Of a stretch of DNA of 15,292 nucleotides, positions 8,240 through 14,053 are shown piece after piece. Source of the DNA: a virus (taxonomy: Duplodnaviria > Heunggongvirae > Uroviricota > Caudoviricetes); the IMG/VR virus record IMGVR_UViG_2675903366_000018. The stretch is one strand, 5' to 3'. Under the pieces are notes generated by a model. That model ran no database searches. It saw nothing but the letters and a program-made list of their open reading frames with translations, and was not told where the DNA came from. Both the position numbers and the translations under genes were made by a program. Numbering within the stretch: position 1 is the first letter of the stretch; each line of letters starts with the position of its first letter.

Positions 8240-8428
8240 GAAGGTTTTCTCGTATTGGTTAAGATTCAGGACGTGAAACCAACACGGAGGGAGCGCCGCC
8301 CGACACTCTCGGCATCTCGCAGATCAACCCGGCATCGCGCAGGGGTCAGGCGGCATTGTGGCGGCTCACGTCTGAGTGCCACACGCCAACATATACATAA
8401 AAATCAGTATGTAAACATCAGCCAGAAT

Positions 8429-8460
8429 CACCGAACAATCTGGAACAACCACGAACAAAT
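8429..8460. promoter_or_regulatory. CGAACAA direct-repeat array (3 copies, 10-bp phase) ~190-220 bp upstream of the capsid gene; putative regulator binding site for the head/packaging operon
   Basis: CACCGAACAATCTGGAACAACCACGAACAAAT; near-identical to 201-231. Lies in a 275-bp non-coding region upstream of the capsid ATG, flanked by A-tract repeats ACCTGAAAAAAA x2 at 8471-8497. Confidence 0.4.
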
Positions 8461-8513
8461 AATTTACAAAACCTGAAAAAAAGACCTGAAAAAAAATCCA
8501 GGCCTTTATCGCT

Positions 8514-8762
8514 TTATTGTTTCACTGGATCCCGCATTCTGCGTCTTATTTTCCACAGATATTCGATCATCGCTTCCACCTGCTCACGGTTGGTTGCGAA
8601 AATTTCCCCGGTCAGTGAGCTGCGCAGAAAATCATGATGATCCACAACAAACAACGCATCGGAAGAAAGCAGACGGCGATATTTTTTTGCTGTCGTGGTT
8701 TCCAGATCATCAAAACCATGAAACTTTTTATGTTGCTGAACTTCTTCAAATGTCACAGGCAT
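8514..8762 (-). CDS. Hypothetical protein (82 aa)
   Basis: ATG at 8760-8762 preceded by a perfect AGGAGG; the ORF-track start at 8780 is GTG and lacks an RBS. No recognisable family by eye. Confidence 0.5.
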   Translation of the reverse strand: MPVTFEEVQQHKKFHGFDDLETTTAKKYRRLLSSDALFVVDHHDFLRSSLTGEIFATNREQVEAMIEYLWKIRRRMRDPVKQ

Positions 8763-8794
8763 GTTTCCTCCTGCTACCACGATACCAGAAACAG

Positions 8795-9091
8795 TTAATA
8801 ACCGTTATCAATTATCCCTTTTTTTTTCGGGTAGTTCCTGAACATCTCACCGCCAGGTTTCTGTAAGCCCATCCCGGTATGTGTGCGGTTTATGGCCTCT
8901 TTCAGTATTCCGAAATTATCCGGCATGACTGGTGGGCGCGCTGCCTTACGGATACATTCCTCGCGACGCTTTGCCACCTGTTCGCGCTCCTTGTCAGTGC
9001 TCACCAGCCACATAACATCAGCCCAACGTGCCGCCGCTCTCCGGTACAGCCCTTTAGCCTCCAGTTCTTCCGCTTTGCTGTCTTTAATCAT
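8795..9091 (-). CDS. Small transcriptional regulator, PerC/ANR-like (tentative)
   Basis: 98 aa from ATG 9089-9091 (GAGG 6 nt upstream); N-terminal motif AEELEAKGLYRRAAARWADVM resembles PerC/ANR-family small regulators found in enterobacterial prophages. From memory only. Confidence 0.4.
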   Translation of the reverse strand: MIKDSKAEELEAKGLYRRAAARWADVMWLVSTDKEREQVAKRREECIRKAARPPVMPDNFGILKEAINRTHTGMGLQKPGGEMFRNYPKKKGIIDNGY

Positions 9092-9106
9092 GCTGTACCT
9101 CACTGC

Positions 9107-9532
9107 TTAAAACGGTATCCCGTCCCCGTACGGATCATCGTGCTGGCCTGTCTGTTGTTTTGCCCTGTTCAGTGCGTCAGTGGCCTGGCCCTGTTGACCT
9201 TTTTTGCCGCCCGGTCGCGCCGTTCGCGCACTGATTACGCTGTCTGCAATAACCTGCCAGCCCTGCCGCGTTTCGCCGTTCTGCCCTGTCCACTGGCTTA
9301 CCTGCATGTTACCCGCCACGCTCACCAGTTCGCCTTTGCGGTGTTTTGCCAGTGCGTCGGCCTGTCTGCCAAACGCCAGGACGGATAACCACATCGTCGC
9401 CGTTCCGTCATCTGCCTGGCTGCATGGAAGGGGAACCGCCATACTCACCATCGCCATTTGTGTCCCCTTGCTGGTGGTCTTTAACTGCGGGTCAGCCACC
9501 AGCCGACCGTAAGCCGCTATCTGTGCTGTCAT
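9107..9532 (-). CDS. ssb: Single-stranded DNA-binding protein
   Basis: 141 aa; Gly/Gln-rich linker and acidic C-terminal tail ...DDPYGDGIPF, the SSB protein-interaction tip; ATG at 9530-9532 with GGAGAG upstream. Confidence 0.75.
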   Translation of the reverse strand: MTAQIAAYGRLVADPQLKTTSKGTQMAMVSMAVPLPCSQADDGTATMWLSVLAFGRQADALAKHRKGELVSVAGNMQVSQWTGQNGETRQGWQVIADSVISARTARPGGKKGQQGQATDALNRAKQQTGQHDDPYGDGIPF

Positions 9533-9595
9533 GCTTTCTGCTCTCCGGTTTTAACGTTGATAGTTACGCTTGTTTAAACCCTTACTGTGAAATTC

Positions 9596-9722
9596 TGCGG
9601 GTTATAATCGCACTTTTGCGGGTTATAACTGCCGTTTTGCGGGTTACGTGCGGGTTATTGATTTCCTTTTTATTCATACAGTTAATGCACTTATACACAG
9701 GATAACCCGCATAACCCGCAAC
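9596..9722. repeat. Putative replication origin: 4 direct TGCGGGTTAT iterons (starts 9596, 9617, 9638, 9649), 40-bp AT-rich spacer, 2 inverted ATAACCCGC copies (9702, 9711)
   Basis: Read directly from sequence; 21-bp spacing of the first three iterons; ends 20 bp before the replication gene's stop codon (9743-9745), the usual place for the ori in PICI/SaPI-type satellites. Confidence 0.6.
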
Positions 9723-9742
9723 TTTTCACCTCACACAGGGGG

Positions 9743-11875
9743 TTAATCTTCTGCCTCAGGCTGGAACATCAGCACGTAAAAAACATGCTGCTTCCCCCCA
9801 ATTTTGCCGAGCGCCTTTTTCTTGTAACGGCGATCGTTACCCGCTTCCAGCATTCCGGCAGCACTCAACGCGCGGGCAAAGTGAGACGGATTAAATCCCT
9901 GTGCTATCTCACCCTCAAACACATGCGGGAACGTGTAAAAACGGAACTCGTCATCTTCGTTTCTGATACTCCCCTTTCTGTATCCGGCAAGCTCTTTAAT
10001 CGGTAAATCACGCTCGTCAGAGTTGGGCCAAGGAAGGTATCTGCTGAATCCGAACGACGCTAAAAAAGCCTCTGCCTGTTCAACCATCTGTTTAAACTCC
10101 CTGTTCCCCGTGCCGAACTCCTTCACCCAGGCATTAAAATTATGCTGAATGGCATCGCGGCATTCCTGCTCATCCCAGCCAGTAACATGACCGGAAAGTA
10201 CAAGCGCGGCCTCCAGTATGGCGAATCGTTCCCCCACACGGTGAACCTGTTCGCCGTAGCTCTCCGGTATCAGGTTGCGCCACCGCTCGCGACATGCCCT
10301 TACCGCGTCCTTTGCCTCCTGCTGGTGTTCTGCCAGCCATTTAACCCACTCACGACCTGCCGCCCCGTGATTTTCTGTCCAGGCATCTTTTAACGCGTCT
10401 GCGTGCGCCTTTCCGGTGCTGTATTCGTGAAACTGCGAGGCCTTTTCCATCGGCACGTTAAGCAGACGGACAAGCTGCCCCGCTTTAATTTTTATCCCTT
10501 CCGTTTTGAGGAATGTTTCAACGTCCATTTCTCCGGTGCTGATTGCCACCGTGCGCCAGTGTTTTATCTCCCTGTTGCCGCCGTCCTTCGCCCCCTGTAA
10601 TTTCCCCGAACCGTTAAACAGCGTATAGGCTGACGTGGACACCTCCCGCGCGTTTCCGGCCTGGCCTATTTCATCCAGGGGTAACAGCCCGTCATTATGT
10701 GCTTCGGCCTCGTTGGCGATACCTAACGCCGTTCCGTACCAGGTCAGCCGTTGCGCGTCCGGCTCTCCCCATAAACTGGATGCGATGTTCTGTGTGGTGG
10801 TTTTCCCTGCTGATGACTGTTCGAAAAGATGTACCCCGAAGCCGTCAGCACCCACCAGCCCGATTAATGGTGCTGATAACGATACCGCCACACCCAGCAT
10901 CATGGACGGATTACCACCAGCCAACCGCGCAACGGTATCGCGCCAGCCCTCCGCCGTTCCTGCCTCGGAATAACCATTAACAGCGGCAGTTTTTCCGGTA
11001 AACAGGACTGGCTTTTCGCAATCACCAATGACCGAACCGTCCGGCATGATGTACGCGCCAAAATGCCAGCCCGTTGTTGTGCTTAACTGCCATTCCTCAT
11101 GGTTTCCGCTTAACTGCATCCAGTCAGCCAGGATAGCCCTGTATTTACCGTTGGTTGTCACATTCAGTCCGTGGTCTTTCAGCAGCCGCCAGCCGTCACG
11201 GTCGCCAATGCCCCCACACGGGATCGCCATTGTGATGACTTCATGGTTTGCTGGTTTTTTCCAGCGCATCACGCGGTAATGCTCTTTGCCGATTGTCCCC
11301 GTTCCCAGTAGTTCAAGCGGGGAACATAACCACGTCTCAGGCCGGATAATTTCGCCTGACTGCTTATCCACTTTTGGCGTTACCCAGAAAACACCATCGG
11401 CACGGCTTTCAACGCGGGGCTTTAATTCATCATCACCCGGGCTTGTGGTGGTTTTTTTCTTTACCGGAAGCTTAATTACCAGATCTGCAGAAAGATTCTG
11501 ACGCTCAACGTTCAGATAGCGCCGCCAGTTCTCACATTTCTGACCGTGCATTCCTTCAGGGTAAAAATTCGCATCCTGAATATCTGCCGCCGCCAGCTTC
11601 TGACCGATCTTTTTGGTCTCCACTAAATCCAGTTCTCCGGCCTGGTACAGCCTTACGCGTTTTTTCCCATCCGGAACAATTTTCAGCGCATCAAGTTCGG
11701 CAAGCTGATTTGGCCCAAGCCACACAGGCGGCACATCATCGCCAGATGCGGGGCCGTCCTGCTCCTGCCACTGTTTTGCATGTGCCCACGCATCACTACC
11801 CGCGAAAATAATTACCTCTGTGTCTTTGTGTTTTATTCCGCGTGGTTGTTTTTTTACGTTCGGTGCCAGTTTCAT
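9743..11875 (-). CDS. Replication initiator, primase/helicase-type (Pri-Rep-like), with central P-loop NTPase
   Basis: 710 aa; Walker A GVHLFEQSSAGKTTT and Walker B GLLPLDEIG in the central region; resembles DUF927/primase-associated replication proteins of satellites; ATG at 11873-11875 overlaps the upstream ORF's stop (ATGA). Confidence 0.75.
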   Translation of the reverse strand: MKLAPNVKKQPRGIKHKDTEVIIFAGSDAWAHAKQWQEQDGPASGDDVPPVWLGPNQLAELDALKIVPDGKKRVRLYQAGELDLVETKKIGQKLAAADIQDANFYPEGMHGQKCENWRRYLNVERQNLSADLVIKLPVKKKTTTSPGDDELKPRVESRADGVFWVTPKVDKQSGEIIRPETWLCSPLELLGTGTIGKEHYRVMRWKKPANHEVITMAIPCGGIGDRDGWRLLKDHGLNVTTNGKYRAILADWMQLSGNHEEWQLSTTTGWHFGAYIMPDGSVIGDCEKPVLFTGKTAAVNGYSEAGTAEGWRDTVARLAGGNPSMMLGVAVSLSAPLIGLVGADGFGVHLFEQSSAGKTTTQNIASSLWGEPDAQRLTWYGTALGIANEAEAHNDGLLPLDEIGQAGNAREVSTSAYTLFNGSGKLQGAKDGGNREIKHWRTVAISTGEMDVETFLKTEGIKIKAGQLVRLLNVPMEKASQFHEYSTGKAHADALKDAWTENHGAAGREWVKWLAEHQQEAKDAVRACRERWRNLIPESYGEQVHRVGERFAILEAALVLSGHVTGWDEQECRDAIQHNFNAWVKEFGTGNREFKQMVEQAEAFLASFGFSRYLPWPNSDERDLPIKELAGYRKGSIRNEDDEFRFYTFPHVFEGEIAQGFNPSHFARALSAAGMLEAGNDRRYKKKALGKIGGKQHVFYVLMFQPEAED

Positions 11876-12159
11876 TTCTTACCCCCTGCGACCAGCATTT
11901 CACGGATTTTGCGGATATAGCTTGCTGCACGTTTCTGATTTACGGCTTTACGATGGCCCACCAGCGTGAAATCACGCCGGAACTGATAAACAGGCATCAC
12001 GCAGTCATATTCGTAGCCATCACGGCGGTAAGTGATGCGCCGTTCTGCCACGCCTTTAATCGTTACCATGCCGCCATATTTATCGCGGTAAATATCGCCG
12101 TTCATAAATTCAGGACGAGCGGGGCCGCTGGCGGTAAAGCCAGAATTTTTATTTTTCAT
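11872..12159 (-). CDS. Hypothetical protein (95 aa), translationally coupled to the replication gene
   Basis: ATG at 12157-12159; stop overlaps the pri-rep start; basic, non-repetitive composition. Confidence 0.5.
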   Translation of the reverse strand: MKNKNSGFTASGPARPEFMNGDIYRDKYGGMVTIKGVAERRITYRRDGYEYDCVMPVYQFRRDFTLVGHRKAVNQKRAASYIRKIREMLVAGGKK

Positions 12160-12164
12160 GGTTT

Positions 12165-12392
12165 TTATTCCGCGTTTATTTTTTTATCGTGAATTTCGAT
12201 CGCTTTATTTAATTCGACGATTACCGTATCGAGTAATGAAATAAACGCACCAGCAAGATTAGATTCACGCTCATCTTCCGGCGCATCACTTAAACCATCA
12301 AGCCAGATAAGAAATATTTGCCTCAAACATTCACTGTTAGTCAGTGCGTTTTCTGCATGGCTCATTGATTTAAAATAACGGTCATCATGCAT
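12165..12392 (-). CDS. Hypothetical acidic protein (75 aa)
   Basis: ATG at 12390-12392 preceded by AGGGGG; overlaps the upstream gene's stop by 8 nt (ATGCATGA). Confidence 0.45.
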   Translation of the reverse strand: MHDDRYFKSMSHAENALTNSECLRQIFLIWLDGLSDAPEDERESNLAGAFISLLDTVIVELNKAIEIHDKKINAE

Positions 12393-12588
12393 GGCGCACC
12401 CCCTGACGAATACGGGCAGTAAATACCATCACGCAGCCATCAGGAGATTGCTGGCGAGCTTCCTGTTCGCTGGTGGCCTCGATGGTAATCACGCGCGGTT
12501 GTGTCGTGCTCAGAGCGATAAAACGCCAGATGTATTTATTCAGGTTGTGCGAGTCCCGCCCTTGCGGGTGTGTGGTATGATTTCTCAT
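12385..12588 (-). CDS. Small protein (67 aa), possibly Icd-like (host cell-division inhibitor family) - tentative
   Basis: Start taken at ATG 12586-12588 (GAGG 5 nt upstream); the 97-aa ORF-track version starts at TTG and runs through the operator-like inverted repeat. C-terminal region (QQSPDGCVMVFTARIRQGVRHA) resembles Icd-like proteins of P4-type elements, from memory only. Confidence 0.35.
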   Translation of the reverse strand: MRNHTTHPQGRDSHNLNKYIWRFIALSTTQPRVITIEATSEQEARQQSPDGCVMVFTARIRQGVRHA

Positions 12589-12686
12589 AGCTGCCTCGAT
12601 ACTCTCGTTATCGTTGGTGGTTAGACGCCCCGTATGTGTTTCCGGCACTGCGGGGCGTTGCTCTTTGTATTTCAACAATCCTTTCG

Positions 12687-12766
12687 GTGTGTTTCATGTT
12701 ATGAGCGCATGAAACACACGTCAAGGCTTTTTGTATTTCTTTTTTTGTGTATACTGAAACACACCG
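12687..12766. promoter_or_regulatory. Divergent control region: perfect 12-bp inverted repeat GTGTGTTTCATG-N9-CATGAAACACAC (12687-12719), third half-site TGAAACACACCG (12755-12766) overlapping a -10-like TATACT (12750-12755)
   Basis: Read directly from sequence; lies between the minus-strand small-gene operon and the plus-strand gene starting at 12786 (AGGAG RBS at 12773-12777). Confidence 0.45.
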
Positions 12767-12785
12767 ATGATTAGGAGTTTCAGAA

Positions 12786-13091
12786 ATGGCAACGGCTAAC
12801 AAAAACGCAAAATCACAACTGACAACTGTCAGAGTCCCACTAGATGTTATGCAAGGGATGGAATCCGTTAAGCTGGACGGCGAAAGCAATGCCGGATTTA
12901 TCGTAACCGCCATGCGCGGAGAAATAGCCCGCCGCCAAGCAGAAGGCAGCGGAGAAAATCCCCTTGTGTCGTCACTGGATGCCCTGGCTAAGGTCGAACA
13001 AATCGGCATCAAAGCAGCGGAAGAAATCGGGCAGCTTGTCACCGTTGCACGCGAAGAACTCCAGCGTCGCAAGACCAAAGAACCAGAGTAA
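12786..13091 (+). CDS. Putative DNA-binding regulator (possible ribbon-helix-helix), 101 aa
   Basis: ATG 12786 with AGGAG 8 nt upstream and promoter-like TTGTAT...TATACT; N-terminal TTVRVPLDVMQGMESV fits a beta-strand-then-helix RHH-like start. The antisense 271-aa ORF here is Ser/Cys-rich and judged spurious. Confidence 0.45.
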   Translation: MATANKNAKSQLTTVRVPLDVMQGMESVKLDGESNAGFIVTAMRGEIARRQAEGSGENPLVSSLDALAKVEQIGIKAAEEIGQLVTVAREELQRRKTKEPE

Positions 13092-13133
13092 TCACCATCA
13101 GCGCCGTGGTGTAAGGTATTACGGCGCATTGCT

Positions 13134-13322
13134 ATGCAGGACAACACAATGACCGATAAAGAATTGACCAAAACATTATCACCGGCACGGAAAAGACGGC
13201 GCAGAAAGATAGAGCATGAATCAGAAAGATTCGCGCCATGTGCTTTTGCTCTTGAGAAATTCCTTAAGGAGCACAAGAAAAAGCTATCATTGCAAACCTG
13301 GGAGCTAACCGAATCTGACTGA
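13134..13322 (+). CDS. Hypothetical small basic protein (57-62 aa; RKRRRRK motif)
   Basis: Same strand and 42 nt downstream of the preceding gene; alternative ATG at 13149 has AGGA 8 nt upstream; followed by a strong terminator. Confidence 0.35.
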   Translation: MQDNTMTDKELTKTLSPARKRRRRKIEHESERFAPCAFALEKFLKEHKKKLSLQTWELTESD

Positions 13323-13386
13323 TCACATTGCCCACCAGCCAGCAAATCGCTATGATGTTCGGGCTTATGTTTAGTGTTTTCCCATT

Positions 13387-13415
13387 GGCGACCGCCCCCG
13401 GTCGCCTTTGTTTTA
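13387..13415 (+). terminator. Rho-independent terminator closing the plus-strand two-gene module
   Basis: GGCGACCG-CCCC-CGGTCGCC (8-bp GC-rich stem) followed by TTTGTTTTA; located between the plus module and the convergent alpA 3' end. Confidence 0.55.
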
Positions 13416-13434
13416 TGTGCCATATACTCCCCCT

Positions 13435-13644
13435 TTACGCTGCCTTACCTGAATTAATGCGATCCCGGCTTTTAACCCATTCCATAACCTCGGACAGCAG
13501 CCAACCAACAGAACGACCGCCCAGATTAAGACGTGACGGAAAGCATCCTTTTTTCTCCAGTTCGTAGCGTGTAGTGCGACACACTCCAGTTAACTTACGA
13601 CATTCATCCTCACGGATTACGCGATCTTCATTTATTTCACGCAT
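13435..13644 (-). CDS. alpA: AlpA-family phage transcriptional regulator / excisionase-like HTH protein
   Basis: 69 aa from ATG 13642-13644: MREINEDRVIREDECRKLTGVCRTTRYELEKKGCFPSRLNLGGRSVGWLLSEVMEWVKSR, the AlpA-type HTH pattern. The ORF-track version starts with GTG at 13731 (98 aa) and could be the true start; the HTH position favours the shorter form. Confidence 0.75.
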   Translation of the reverse strand: MREINEDRVIREDECRKLTGVCRTTRYELEKKGCFPSRLNLGGRSVGWLLSEVMEWVKSRDRINSGKAA

Positions 13645-14053
13645 ACAAAAACCTACATAAAAATTACGTATATAAACTTTTCTCTTAGCTGTAGATATAT
13701 GAGATCGGATATTACTTAGATTCTTTTTCACCTCTTAAATTAAAAACACAACCTTGCTAAAGGCTTTGTTCGCTAAGGTTCGTAGAAGCTCGTTAGTGTT
13801 TAAAATCGTGTCACGAGTTTTTAAGCGACGCAACAAAAAATGTCGTCATTTGGCATTACGCTTGAATTATCTCATTAAAAACAAATAGATAAACCATCAG
13901 GTATTGGAACAATCAAGAAATAGCTAATAAGGGTTTAGTAGGGTGCATTTCAATTTTTTCGATGGTTGACAAATAAAAAATTAACGAACTTGACCGATAT
14001 TTAGCGTTTTATTCACGGCTGTAATCTCTTAAAGAAAAAACAGCCGTAATTTG

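Noticed and set aside
8461-8513. A-tract region downstream of the 82-aa gene as an intrinsic terminator
   Set aside because: T-runs on the coding strand are preceded only by 4-bp potential stems (CCTG/CAGG); no convincing GC-rich hairpin, so it is described as A-tract repeats only.
12608-13423. 271-aa minus-strand ORF spanning the plus-strand module
   Set aside because: Ser/Cys/Thr-rich low-complexity translation with no RBS; it is the antisense shadow of the better-supported plus-strand genes (strong RBS, promoter, terminator).
13645-13731. Long form of alpA starting at GTG 13729-13731
   Set aside because: Not excluded (it has an adjacent AAGAGG), but the HTH position favours the 69-aa form from ATG 13642-13644; the shorter coordinates are reported with this caveat.
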